From positions 3,455-67,454 of the forward strand of contig CAZGLL010000004.1 of assembly GCA_964526225.1 (NCBI GenBank): a stretch of DNA of 64,000 bases. Reading direction: 5' to 3'. Both the position numbers and the translations under genes were made by a program. The notes beneath the pieces were generated by a model. It did not search any database, was not told the origin of the DNA, and was given only the letters and a program-made list of their open reading frames with translations. Below, one piece after another: positions 44,942-54,875 of this stretch. This DNA is from an uncultured Desulfurococcales archaeon (GTDB lineage: Archaea > Thermoproteota > Thermoprotei_A > EX4484-217-1). Position 1 is the first letter of the stretch. Every line of letters begins with the position of its first letter.

Positions 44942-45837
44942 CCGATATGGCGCTAAAATACATATTCTATCCGGGATGCTTCATACCCGCAATGCTACCA
45001 CATGTAGAATACAGTATTAGATACGTCTTAAACAAATTAAATGTTGAACTACAGGAAATACCCGATCTTTCATGTTGTCCACCTAAAATTACTAGTGTAG
45101 GAGACTTTAAAGCATGGCTAACTATTTCGGCTAGAAACCTTGCATTAGCGAGTAAACATGGGTTAGACTTACTTACTCCATGTAATGGATGTTTCGAATC
45201 ATATTTTGAAGCCAAACACTTCATAGAACATAGACCGGACTTAGCGAAAGACCCATTAGACATCTTGAAGAAGCTAGGTTTACCAACAAAAATAGAAAGC
45301 AACGTTAAACACTTCGTAGAAGTAGTGTATAAGGATGTTGGACTGAATAGGTTGTCCGAAGAAATAGTTAAACCACTTAAGGGGCTTAGAGTCGCTGTAC
45401 ATTATGGATGCCACCTTTTCGTAACATCACCTGGAGGAGATATTTGGGAAAAACCGAGAATGATGGATGAAATCCTAAGGACTCTCGGAGCTGAGATAGT
45501 TAGAGACGGTTTAGAGAGAATATGCTGCGGCTTCGTTATGTCAACGATCGATGATACGAAAGCTGTTCTCGAAAGATCCGAAATTAGGTTAAGAAGCGTT
45601 AAGTCATTAGATGTAGATTGTCTTGTAACTCCATGTCCACAATGCCTTATAAGATTTGAGTACAGTCAAATAAAGCTTAGGTCGTTGAAGAATGTAAGAT
45701 ACGATTTGCCGGTGGTTCATTTAGCGGAACTTATAGCGATAGCTTTCGGACTTGACCCATTAAAGATGAAATTTGATAGACTACATAGATCCCCTGTTAA
45801 ACCTGTTTTCGAAAAGCTAGTGAAGGAGGGAGGATAG
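44938..45837 (+). CDS. HdrB/GlcF-like protein with two CCG cysteine-rich domains
   Basis: 299 aa with two Cys-x(n)-CC-x(n)-CxxC modules (PGC...SCCPPK...CNGC and YGCHLF...ICCGF...CPQC). It overlaps the neighbouring hydrogenase subunit genes on both sides by 4 nt. Confidence 0.6.
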   Translation: MTDMALKYIFYPGCFIPAMLPHVEYSIRYVLNKLNVELQEIPDLSCCPPKITSVGDFKAWLTISARNLALASKHGLDLLTPCNGCFESYFEAKHFIEHRPDLAKDPLDILKKLGLPTKIESNVKHFVEVVYKDVGLNRLSEEIVKPLKGLRVAVHYGCHLFVTSPGGDIWEKPRMMDEILRTLGAEIVRDGLERICCGFVMSTIDDTKAVLERSEIRLRSVKSLDVDCLVTPCPQCLIRFEYSQIKLRSLKNVRYDLPVVHLAELIAIAFGLDPLKMKFDRLHRSPVKPVFEKLVKEGG

Positions 45838-45839
45838 TT

Positions 45840-47012
45840 TTGGAGAAAGTTGAAGGTAAAATATGTTCCATACCTATAGGGCCATACCATCCAGCTTTGG
45901 AGGAAATAGCTTTCTACAAGGTTTATGTTGAAGGAGAGAGAATAGTTGATGCTCTTATTAAACCTGGTTTTAACCATAGGGGTATTGAGAAATTAGCTAT
46001 GCAGAGAAGTTACCGTAGAAATGTTCAGCTTTTCGAAAGAGTATGTGGAATATGTTCTGACGCTCATACAACAGCTTACTGTGTTGCAGTTGAGAATTGC
46101 TTAAAGATAAATGTACCTAAGAGAGCACAGTATATTAGAGTAATAGAGCATGAAGCAAATAGAATCCATAGCCACCTATTATGGTTTGGTATTGCAATGC
46201 ATATTATAGGTTTCGACACATTATTCATGCACTCATGGGCTATTAGAGAAGCAATAATGGATGTTGTAGAAACTCTCACCGGGAATAGAGTAAACTATTC
46301 AGTAAACACTATTGGAGGCGTTAGAAGAGACATTACACCTGAGCTAGCAAAATATGTTGAAGAGAAGCTTAAAATCGTCGAGAAAGGAACACTTTACTTA
46401 ATGAAAGCTGTTAAAGAAGACAAAACAATAAAGGCTAGAACATCTGAAGTAGGTATTTTAACGAAGGAGGAAGCAAGGAAATATTGCGTAGTAGGTCCTA
46501 CAGCTAGAGCATCAGGAATAGATGAAGATATTAGGAAAGACGACCCATATATTAACTTTGAAGATTTCGAATTCGAAGTTTGCGTAGAGGACGCATGCGA
46601 CGTATACGGGAGAATTATGGTTAGGCTAAGAGAAACATTAGAATCTATTAAGATAGTAAGGCAGGCCCTTAAGAACCTACCTGAAGGCAAATTAATAGCT
46701 GATTTACCGTATCCTTTCCCGAGTGAAGACGTTGGAAGAGTTGAAGCCCCTAGAGGAGAACTAATATATTATGTTAAATCGAATTATACGAACATCCCGG
46801 AAAGAGTTAAAGTGAGAACACCTACTTTCGTTAACCTCCCAGCGGTTAAGCCTATGCTCATCGGAAATAAGCTTGCAGATGCACCACAAATACTTGCAAG
46901 TATTGACCCGTGTTTATCATGTAATGACAGGCTTGTTATCGTAGATTTGAGAAGTGGTCGTGAAAAAACAGTTCTTCTACAAGACTTCATTAGAGGGAGG
47001 GTGAAACTGTAA
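45840..47012 (+). CDS. Group-4 [NiFe]-hydrogenase large subunit (NuoD/EchE-like)
   Basis: 390 aa with the L1 motif RVCGICSDAH and the L2 motif DPCLSCNDR. A ~30-aa C-terminal extension follows L2. Confidence 0.88.
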   Translation: MEKVEGKICSIPIGPYHPALEEIAFYKVYVEGERIVDALIKPGFNHRGIEKLAMQRSYRRNVQLFERVCGICSDAHTTAYCVAVENCLKINVPKRAQYIRVIEHEANRIHSHLLWFGIAMHIIGFDTLFMHSWAIREAIMDVVETLTGNRVNYSVNTIGGVRRDITPELAKYVEEKLKIVEKGTLYLMKAVKEDKTIKARTSEVGILTKEEARKYCVVGPTARASGIDEDIRKDDPYINFEDFEFEVCVEDACDVYGRIMVRLRETLESIKIVRQALKNLPEGKLIADLPYPFPSEDVGRVEAPRGELIYYVKSNYTNIPERVKVRTPTFVNLPAVKPMLIGNKLADAPQILASIDPCLSCNDRLVIVDLRSGREKTVLLQDFIRGRVKL

Positions 47013-47959
47013 TGTATATTGTTCCGTTACTTATTGCCTTAGCTGAAATAATAATATATCCGGGATTAATATTTTCAATACTATTTGGAGGAATAATTGT
47101 TTGGTTATATAGAAAAGTTAGAGCTAGACTTCAAGGAAGGAGGGGTCCTCCATGGTATCAGACATATGCTGACGTATTTAAGCTCCTAATTAAGGAAACA
47201 ATAATTCCATTGAGAGCATGGAAGGTTGGGTTCATTGCTGCACCAATGATTTCATTAGCTGCTCTCTTTGTAGCAGTACTTTTACTTCCATTCTTCGGCA
47301 AAGAATCAGCGCTAGGGTTCCTAGGTGATGCAATAGTTTTACTATACTTGCTGACAATACCTACTTTTGCAATAGCATTTGGAGGTATGGCTTCAGGTAG
47401 CCCATATGGTATTGTTGGTTCGGGGAGGGAGACTTCACTACTTGTATGGTATGAGTTGCCACTATGGCTTTCAGCGGCAACAGTTTTCGCTCTTGCAAAC
47501 TCTATTTCCATAAGCGGAATAATTGAAGAACAAGCTCTTCATGGGCCATTCGCCATAAGACTACCTTTAGCTTTCATAGCTTTCCTAATAGCAGCTCAAG
47601 CAAAGTTAGCTAAAAGACCTTTCGATATACCGCATGCTGAAACAGAAATTGTAGCAGGACCCTACACAGAATATTCTGGTTCATTAAGGGCTCTATTCGA
47701 GCTATGCGAAGTGTTTAAGTGGTTAGCGGTTTCAGCTTTAACTGCAACTCTATTTCTAGGATGGCCTGTGATAGGTAATCCTGTAGCGGATGCACTAATA
47801 TTCATAGTTAAAATAGTATTTTTCGCGCTCATATTCGCATTTATTGACATAATTAATCCTAGATTACGTATTGAACAAGCAGGGTGGCCTCTTTGGAAGA
47901 TTGCTGCAGCACTTGCACTAATAGATACTATAAGAGTCTGTATGGGGTTGGTGATTTGA
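47012..47959 (+). CDS. NuoH/EchB-like membrane subunit
   Basis: 315 aa polytopic. The conserved loop is RPFDIPHAETEIVAGPYTEYSG. Confidence 0.88.
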   Translation: MYIVPLLIALAEIIIYPGLIFSILFGGIIVWLYRKVRARLQGRRGPPWYQTYADVFKLLIKETIIPLRAWKVGFIAAPMISLAALFVAVLLLPFFGKESALGFLGDAIVLLYLLTIPTFAIAFGGMASGSPYGIVGSGRETSLLVWYELPLWLSAATVFALANSISISGIIEEQALHGPFAIRLPLAFIAFLIAAQAKLAKRPFDIPHAETEIVAGPYTEYSGSLRALFELCEVFKWLAVSALTATLFLGWPVIGNPVADALIFIVKIVFFALIFAFIDIINPRLRIEQAGWPLWKIAAALALIDTIRVCMGLVI

Positions 47960-47960
47960 A

Positions 47961-48518
47961 ATGAAATCAAGTATAGTTAAGGAAGCTCTAAAGTATTTCG
48001 TAAACCCCGTTACTGAGGCTTTTCCAGCTGCTAAACCATATTTTCCGAAGAAATATCGTGGACCACCAGTTTATGATCAAGATAAATGTATGGGCTGTAC
48101 TGCATGCGCCCATGTTTGCCCCGCCGACGCTATAACAGTGATTGAAAAGGATGGTAAAAGAACTCTTGAGGTATGGTATGGTAAATGCACTTTCTGTGCG
48201 AGATGTGAAGAATCATGCCCTGCAGATGCGATACACTTAATGGAAGAATTTGGTGTCCCATCTGAAGACAAACTTGCTTTCAAATCAACAGTTACCCACG
48301 ACATGGTTAAGTGTAAGTTATGCGGTAAACCATTTATAACTATTAGACATGCTGAATGGATAAAGAAGAACCTACTTGAGAAAATGGGTGATGTTGTAGG
48401 GTCTGAGGAAATAGACTTCTTCCTAACAGTATGTGAAGACTGTAGACATAAAGTAGAGAACATTCCGGAATTTAGAAAACTCCTCATTAGAGCGGCTATT
48501 AAAGGTGGAAAAGTATGA
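47961..48518 (+). CDS. NuoI/EchF-like 2x[4Fe-4S] ferredoxin subunit
   Basis: 185 aa with CMGCTACAHVCP and CTFCARCEESCP. Confidence 0.88.
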   Translation: MKSSIVKEALKYFVNPVTEAFPAAKPYFPKKYRGPPVYDQDKCMGCTACAHVCPADAITVIEKDGKRTLEVWYGKCTFCARCEESCPADAIHLMEEFGVPSEDKLAFKSTVTHDMVKCKLCGKPFITIRHAEWIKKNLLEKMGDVVGSEEIDFFLTVCEDCRHKVENIPEFRKLLIRAAIKGGKV

Positions 48519-48982
48519 GTTCGAAAAAATGTTTCCTATGTTCCCTAGCTAAATGGGCACGTAGAAAATCCGTATGGCTATATCACGCACCAGCGGGAGG
48601 TCTCTGCAACGGCTGCGATATTGAAATAGCTGCTGCAATAACGCCTAGATATGATGTTGAAAGGTTCGGTATACTTTTAGCTCCAAGCCCTCGACATGCC
48701 GACGTAATACTAGTTGCTGGTCAAATGACAAAGCACTCTAAGGAAAGACTTCTAAGGGTGTATCAGCAAGTTCCTGAACCTAAAGCTGTAGTAGCTATAG
48801 GTTCATGCGCTATTTCAGGTAATGTATTTACAACAGAAAACTATCCCGTAGCCGGAACGGTGGATCAAATAATTCCTGTCGACGTTTACGTTCCCGGATG
48901 TCCTCCTAAACCTGAGGCAATAATTCTCGGAGTAGTTAAAGCTATAGAGAAACTAGAGAAAAGAACAGCAGAGCCCACCTAG
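48515..48982 (+). CDS. NuoB/EchC-like [NiFe]-hydrogenase small subunit
   Basis: 155 aa with the proximal-cluster Cys pattern CNGCDIE...GSCAISG...PGCPPKPE. Confidence 0.88.
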   Translation: MSSKKCFLCSLAKWARRKSVWLYHAPAGGLCNGCDIEIAAAITPRYDVERFGILLAPSPRHADVILVAGQMTKHSKERLLRVYQQVPEPKAVVAIGSCAISGNVFTTENYPVAGTVDQIIPVDVYVPGCPPKPEAIILGVVKAIEKLEKRTAEPT

Positions 48983-50157
48983 GGTTTTAAACCTAGAATT
49001 CTAGCTAATTCCTTAACTTTTCCTCCGCCTCCAAACTTGGCCCAAACAGCACATGTTCCCTCAGACGAGACCATACATGGACCGTAGGGTGTATTTGGAG
49101 TACAAGTTTTCATGAAGAACGGACAATCTGTAGGAACAGCCTTACCCAACGTTACATCTCCGCACATACATCCCGGAGGTAAATCCATGGATTTAGATAC
49201 TTTAACATCATATTCTGAATGGACATCAATGCTTTTGTAGGGATTTCTTAGTTCTAAACCGCTTTTAGGAATAACACCTATACCTCTCCAGTGAGCATCA
49301 ACGATGTTAAATGCTTTTTCAACATACTTTTGAGCAACAATGTTACCTTCCCAACTATCAACCCTCGAGTACTCATTGAATATTCTAGGTTTTCCCTCAA
49401 CAATTTGCTTAAGTATTTCAAGAACAGCTAAGACTACATCTAATGGTTCAAAGCCTGCTACAACAGCAGGTAATCCGTACTCTTCAGGTAAGAATTTCCA
49501 TGCCTTCGCGCCAGTAATTGCGGTAACATGTCCTGGAGCAATTATTCCGTTTAGTGGAATATCTGGCTGATTTAGAACGTAATGTACTGCTGGTACAGTT
49601 AATCTATAGGCGATAAGTAGTTTTAGATTGCTAGGTATAGTTCCTAATACTACATGGCTAGCAACTGTTGGTTGGGTTGTTTCGAAACCTACTGCTAAGA
49701 AAACATGTGTTCTACTAGGGTTCTTTTTAGCAATTTTTAACGCGTCAAGGAAACCGTAAACTATTCTAATGTCTCCTCCTAAACTTCTAGCTTCAGCTAG
49801 GCTCATACTTGTTCCAGGAACCTTATACATGTCTCCATAAGTTAGCAATGTGACTTCATAGTTTAACGCTAACTCTATAGATTCGTCAATAACCTTCGTT
49901 GGAGCTATACATACCGGGCATCCGGGTCCCGCAATGAGTTCTAATTTTTCCGGCATAAGGCTTCTTAAGCCGTAATACGTAATTGTATGTTCATGTGTTC
50001 CGCAAACATGCATTATCTTTATCTTATCTTCACCAGTCTTCCTTAGTGCTAAAGGAGCTAGCTTATGTATTTTCCTAACTGCCTCTCTAAGAAGCTCTGA
50101 TTCTCTAAACATCCTAACTATTTCCTTAAGACCCTCATGTAGATCACGAGTATTCAT
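48979..50157 (-). CDS. hypD: Hydrogenase maturation factor HypD
   Basis: 392 aa with MHVCGTHEH, GPGCPVC and the C-terminal CPFFMKTCTPNTPYGPCMVSSEGTC cluster. Confidence 0.95.
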   Translation of the reverse strand: MNTRDLHEGLKEIVRMFRESELLREAVRKIHKLAPLALRKTGEDKIKIMHVCGTHEHTITYYGLRSLMPEKLELIAGPGCPVCIAPTKVIDESIELALNYEVTLLTYGDMYKVPGTSMSLAEARSLGGDIRIVYGFLDALKIAKKNPSRTHVFLAVGFETTQPTVASHVVLGTIPSNLKLLIAYRLTVPAVHYVLNQPDIPLNGIIAPGHVTAITGAKAWKFLPEEYGLPAVVAGFEPLDVVLAVLEILKQIVEGKPRIFNEYSRVDSWEGNIVAQKYVEKAFNIVDAHWRGIGVIPKSGLELRNPYKSIDVHSEYDVKVSKSMDLPPGCMCGDVTLGKAVPTDCPFFMKTCTPNTPYGPCMVSSEGTCAVWAKFGGGGKVKELARILGLKP

Positions 50158-50315
50158 TCAAATTATTCCCTCATACCATAATTTCCTTATAGCTTAGAGA
50201 TTTGAGTTTCTGTAAAATATATTTCCAACTAACAATATACTATATGTGCTGACTTAGGATTTACATAAAACGTGCTCCCAGTACGTGGTGTTTAAAGGGG
50301 AAGGAGGCTTACTAA

Positions 50316-51347
50316 ATGGTTAGGGTTTCAAAAGTAACCCTAGCTCATGGTGCTGGCGGTAGGGAAACATCCGAAATAATAGAGAAGTTTTTCATAAAGA
50401 AATTCAATATTAAAAAAGTTTCTTCAGGATTCGGTTTAGATGAATTAGAAGATTCATCAACAATCCCCCTTCCCGACGGGAACTATTTAGCGGTAACTGT
50501 TGATAGCTATACTGTCAGCCCAATATTCTTCCCTGGAGGGAATATAGGCAAATTAGCTGCAACGGGGACCCTAAACGACCTAGCTGTTATGGGCGCTGAA
50601 CCCATAGCAACAATGGACAGCATAGTTGTTGAAGAAGGATTTGAAATGGAGCTTCTAGAGGAAATAGTGACTTCAATACGTGATGTTCTTGAAAAATACA
50701 ATGTTGCGTTAATAGGCGGAGACTTTAAGGTAATGCCTAAAGGACAGCTTGACAAAATAGTAATAACAATGACAGGTATAGGAATAATACCTAAGAACAG
50801 GTTAATTTCAGACTACAATATCAAACCAGGCGACAAAATAGTAATAACAGGAACTATAGGGGAACATGGAGCAGCAATTTTAGCCGCACAAACAGGAATA
50901 GGTGTTGAAGATTCAAGCCTTTTTAGCGATTGCACTCCAATAATTGAGGCTATGGAAATAGCATTTAAAATAGGAGGTATACGTGCAGCAAAAGATCCTA
51001 CGAGAGGAGGATTAGCTATGGCCCTTAATGAATGGGCTAAAAAATCTAAGCTAACAATCGTTGTTAAAGAGGAAAACATACCGTTAAGAGAAAGCGTTAA
51101 AGCTTACTGCGAAATGCTAGGTGTTGATCCACTTACACTTGCATCTGAAGGCAGGGCGTTAATTGCTGTTTCACCGGAGAAAGCAGAGGAATTAGTGGAT
51201 ACGCTAAGAAGTAAGGGATATAAGGATGCCGCAGTAATAGGTGAAGCTAAGAAGGGTAGAGAAGGATATGTGCTCTTAGAAACGATAACTGGAGGGTTAA
51301 GAATAATCGAAACTCCCATTGGAGAAATAGTTCCAAGAATATGTTAG
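50316..51347 (+). CDS. hypE: Hydrogenase maturation factor HypE
   Basis: 343 aa with an AIR-synthase-like fold, N-terminal TLAHGAGG and a C-terminal PRIC cysteine. Confidence 0.95.
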   Translation: MVRVSKVTLAHGAGGRETSEIIEKFFIKKFNIKKVSSGFGLDELEDSSTIPLPDGNYLAVTVDSYTVSPIFFPGGNIGKLAATGTLNDLAVMGAEPIATMDSIVVEEGFEMELLEEIVTSIRDVLEKYNVALIGGDFKVMPKGQLDKIVITMTGIGIIPKNRLISDYNIKPGDKIVITGTIGEHGAAILAAQTGIGVEDSSLFSDCTPIIEAMEIAFKIGGIRAAKDPTRGGLAMALNEWAKKSKLTIVVKEENIPLRESVKAYCEMLGVDPLTLASEGRALIAVSPEKAEELVDTLRSKGYKDAAVIGEAKKGREGYVLLETITGGLRIIETPIGEIVPRIC

Positions 51348-51763
51348 GGTTAAACATTATGTCTAAAGAAAAAAGACTTTATAGGTCATCAGAAGACGAA
51401 ATAATCTGCGGCTTATGCGGTGGCTTAGGAGAGTACTTTAACATTGACCCGACAATTATAAGAATAGTTTTTGTACTCTTCTTCATAATAAATCCGGTTG
51501 CGGCAGTGCTTTTCTACATTTTAGCTTGCGCCATTATACCCAAGAAACCTACTGAGCAAGCTGGTGAAGCAAGACCTATAACTAAGAAAACAACGCAACG
51601 TGAACAAGGATTAATAATTCTAGGGTTAATGCTGATACTGGTGGGAGTACTTGTTTTCCCGGAAGTAAAGCTTGTTTTGAGAAGTGTTTTGAGAGGATTA
51701 GTTATAGCAATAGGGTTGCTAATGATTCTTCTTGTTCTCTTCAGGAAAAGCTTTAAACCTTAA
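51341..51763 (+). CDS. PspC-domain membrane protein
   Basis: 140 aa with a PspC-domain N-terminus YRSSEDEIICGLCGGLGEYFNIDPTIIRIVFVLF followed by TM helices. It overlaps the hypE stop. Confidence 0.6.
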   Translation: MLGLNIMSKEKRLYRSSEDEIICGLCGGLGEYFNIDPTIIRIVFVLFFIINPVAAVLFYILACAIIPKKPTEQAGEARPITKKTTQREQGLIILGLMLILVGVLVFPEVKLVLRSVLRGLVIAIGLLMILLVLFRKSFKP

Positions 51764-51977
51764 GTGCCTCTAAAACTTCTTTCCAAGCTTCAATAGTTTT
51801 TTCGGCTTCTTCACGACTCAGTTTAGAAATTATTGCTCCAGCATGAACTATAACGTAATCTCCGGGCTTAACATCCGGTACAAGGAGTCTATCAACTTCT
51901 CTTTTAACTCCTCCAAAGTCTACTATTGCAGTCATATCTTTTACTTCAATAACGACACCAGGTATTCCTAAGCACAT
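51753..51977 (-). CDS. hypC: Hydrogenase maturation factor HypC
   Basis: The start is trimmed to the MCLGIPG... Met so that the essential Cys is residue 2 (74 aa). The ORF-track version begins 3 codons upstream. Confidence 0.88.
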   Translation of the reverse strand: MCLGIPGVVIEVKDMTAIVDFGGVKREVDRLLVPDVKPGDYVIVHAGAIISKLSREEAEKTIEAWKEVLEALKV

Positions 51978-52102
51978 TTTCAACACTTCTTCTCAATCCT
52001 TTCTCGAATAAAATATTTAGGTTATCTACGTAGTGCTCTATAGAGCATATGCAACTACCAACTTATATTAGCTTACTTCAGTGTCAGACAAGTGGAGTGC
52101 TT

Positions 52103-54442
52103 ATGGGAGAAGTTGTTGCTTTAAAACTTAGAGTTTCAGGAGTAGTTCAGGGAGTAGGGTTTAGGCCATTCGTATATAGGATAGCAGTTAAAAACGGAAT
52201 TAAAGGGTACGTTAAAAACCTAGGAGGTAGTGAAGTAGAAATTCATGTTGAAGGTTCCTTGTTAAACATATTGAACTTTATAAGAGATCTTACTGTAAAG
52301 AAGCCTCCTCCAGCCGAAATAGAAATGCTCGAGATAGAAGAGTCTAAACCCAAAGTTTTCAAAGAATTCTCTATTTTGAAAAGCGGTAAAAATCCTAAAA
52401 TGTTCTCGATGATACCTCCAGATATAGGCATATGTGATGACTGCTTAAGTGAAATTCTAGATAAAAATTCTAGATGGTACATGTATCCATTTAATAGTTG
52501 TGCTTGGTGCGGCCCAAGATTCTCAATGTTAGAGAGTATACCTTACGATAGAGAAAACACTTCAATGAGAGATTTCCCACTATGCGAAGAGTGCTTAAAT
52601 GAATACAGAGACCCGGGGAACATTAGAAGATTCCATGCGCAGGGAATAAGCTGTCCCAAATGTGGACCAAAGGTTTGGTTAGTTGATAATTCAGGAGAAC
52701 TTGTTGAAACAGAGGATCCTATAAGAACCGCTGCTAAACTCGTAGATGAGGGATACATTGTAGCAATAAAGGGTTTAGGAGGATTTCACATAGCTGCTCT
52801 AGCTACAGATGATGAAGTAGTTCTTACATTACGTGAGAGAAAAAGGAGACCACAGAAACCGTTCGCTCTCATGGCGTTAAATATTGACGTTATTAGGAAA
52901 ATAGCTTATGTACCTAGGGAAGCAGAGGAGCTGCTACTTTCTCCTCAAAAACCAATAGTTCTCTTACCTAAGAAGGAATACACTCCGGTTTCCAAATATG
53001 TAGCTCCAGGACTAAGTACAGTAGGTGTTATGCTACCATATACTGGCTTACACTACATTCTACTAATGAACACTAAAGACAAGTACTTAATAATGACAAG
53101 CGGTAATCCTAAAGGAAAACCTATGTGCATAACTAATAAGTGCGCTCTAAATAGGCTTTCAAAATATGTTGACTACATTCTACTACATAATAGGAGAATA
53201 ATTAACAGAGTTGACGATAGTGTTGTGAGATTAACACTAGGTAAACCCATGTTTCTAAGAAGAAGTAGAGGTTATGCTCCTAAATGGTTCACATTACCTA
53301 TTGAAGCCAAAAACCCCATAGTTGCCTTTGGAGCAGAATTAGCAACTGCAGGAGCCATTTTCATTAAAAACAGGGCTATACTGACCCAATACATAGGCGA
53401 TGTCGACGATTACGAAACATTAGAGTTCATGGATGAAGCGTTGAAGTTCCTATGTAGAACCTATAGAATTAACCTTAGCGAAGCGGTTTACGTTTCCGAT
53501 CTCCACCCATACTATGCTACAACAAGACTTGCTGAAGAATATGCTGACAAGTACAATTCAGTACATTTAAGAGTACAGCATCACCATGCACATATAGTCT
53601 CAGTAATGGCTGAAAACTACATGAAACCTGATGAGGAAGTAGTCGGTATAGCCATTGATGGTGTAGGTTACGGAATAGATGGTAAAATATGGGGTGGAGA
53701 GATCATTATTGCATCATATAGGGGATTCAGAAGGTTTGGACACTTAAAATATCAGCTCATGCCAGGTGGGGATTTAGCTACAAAATACCCTCTAAGAATG
53801 CTTATCGGAATACTTTACTCCATATTTGATGAAGAAGAAATACTTAGATTCCTTAACAAAACAAACTTAATCGATAAATTAAAGTATGGTGCAAGAGAAC
53901 TGAGAGCAATAATGTATCAGTTAAAGTCCAGAACAGCTCCTGAAACGTCAAGTACAGGTAGGTTTTTAGATGCAGTAGCTGCTCTTTTAGGAATATGTTT
54001 TGAAAGGACATATGAAGGAGAACCTGCAATGAAGCTAGAGGCTTATGCTAAGAAGCCTGAAGGAAATGGTGAATTAGAGGCTAAAGTTGTGTATGAGAAA
54101 GGTGAGTACGTTATTGACACTTCAGATTTAATGTTAAAAGTAATAGAGAAATTAGAGGATGGTGTTGAAAGAAAAACATTGGCTTATCAAGCACAGTACG
54201 CATTAGGTAAAGCACTAGGTAAAGTCGCTGTAGAAGCGATAAGAGCGTATGATGTGAAGCCATTAATATTAGTGAGCGGTGGAGCAGCAGTAAATGATAT
54301 AATACTTAAGGCAATAACAAATGTTGCTAAAGAAAATGATGTAGAAGTTTATGTCAATAGAAAAGTTCCTCCCGGAGATGGAGGAATAGCTTTAGGGCAA
54401 GTAGCTATAGCAGCCTATAGTTTTACTTATGAAGAATCTTAG
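52103..54442 (+). CDS. hypF: [NiFe]-hydrogenase maturation carbamoyltransferase HypF
   Basis: It has an acylphosphatase domain (VSGVVQGVGFRPFVYRIA), two Zn-finger pairs (CDDC...CAWCGPRF, CEEC...CPKCGP), a YrdC-like domain and a Kae1-like domain. The start is set at MGEVVALKL (52103). The ORF track begins at 52049. Confidence 0.93.
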   Translation: MGEVVALKLRVSGVVQGVGFRPFVYRIAVKNGIKGYVKNLGGSEVEIHVEGSLLNILNFIRDLTVKKPPPAEIEMLEIEESKPKVFKEFSILKSGKNPKMFSMIPPDIGICDDCLSEILDKNSRWYMYPFNSCAWCGPRFSMLESIPYDRENTSMRDFPLCEECLNEYRDPGNIRRFHAQGISCPKCGPKVWLVDNSGELVETEDPIRTAAKLVDEGYIVAIKGLGGFHIAALATDDEVVLTLRERKRRPQKPFALMALNIDVIRKIAYVPREAEELLLSPQKPIVLLPKKEYTPVSKYVAPGLSTVGVMLPYTGLHYILLMNTKDKYLIMTSGNPKGKPMCITNKCALNRLSKYVDYILLHNRRIINRVDDSVVRLTLGKPMFLRRSRGYAPKWFTLPIEAKNPIVAFGAELATAGAIFIKNRAILTQYIGDVDDYETLEFMDEALKFLCRTYRINLSEAVYVSDLHPYYATTRLAEEYADKYNSVHLRVQHHHAHIVSVMAENYMKPDEEVVGIAIDGVGYGIDGKIWGGEIIIASYRGFRRFGHLKYQLMPGGDLATKYPLRMLIGILYSIFDEEEILRFLNKTNLIDKLKYGARELRAIMYQLKSRTAPETSSTGRFLDAVAALLGICFERTYEGEPAMKLEAYAKKPEGNGELEAKVVYEKGEYVIDTSDLMLKVIEKLEDGVERKTLAYQAQYALGKALGKVAVEAIRAYDVKPLILVSGGAAVNDIILKAITNVAKENDVEVYVNRKVPPGDGGIALGQVAIAAYSFTYEES

Positions 54443-54478
54443 GTTCAAGTTTAAATTTTAAAGCATACTATAGAAAAG

Positions 54479-54862
54479 TTGGGGTTAGAAACAATGGTCA
54501 CAATAAAGTTTTCTACGAGAGCAGCAAACGATCCCGCATACATTATAACAGTAGGTATTTCAAGACCTCTCAAAGACGCATTTGCCGGGCTAGATAAATC
54601 CAAAATAAACAAGATCGGTAGAAAGCTTACAAAACTACTTTCATACAAGGTAGCTACCGCTTTAATTAAAAACGGTTATGAACTACCATTACCCGAAGAC
54701 TACCTACTCAAAATTAGAGGAGAAGTATCATTTGATGTTAAAGAGGAAGGTGAAGAATTCGCTATCGAAGTTAAAAACGTTAAACTTGTAATAGACATTT
54801 TCAAAAAGGAAAAATCAGTTAAGTATGGGGAATCTGTTGCTGAAGCTGCTGAAGAAGGCTAG
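54479..54862 (+). CDS. Hypothetical protein
   Basis: 127 aa with coding-like composition. No motif was recognised. Confidence 0.3.
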   Translation: MGLETMVTIKFSTRAANDPAYIITVGISRPLKDAFAGLDKSKINKIGRKLTKLLSYKVATALIKNGYELPLPEDYLLKIRGEVSFDVKEEGEEFAIEVKNVKLVIDIFKKEKSVKYGESVAEAAEEG

Positions 54863-54875
54863 GTAGTGAGAGATA

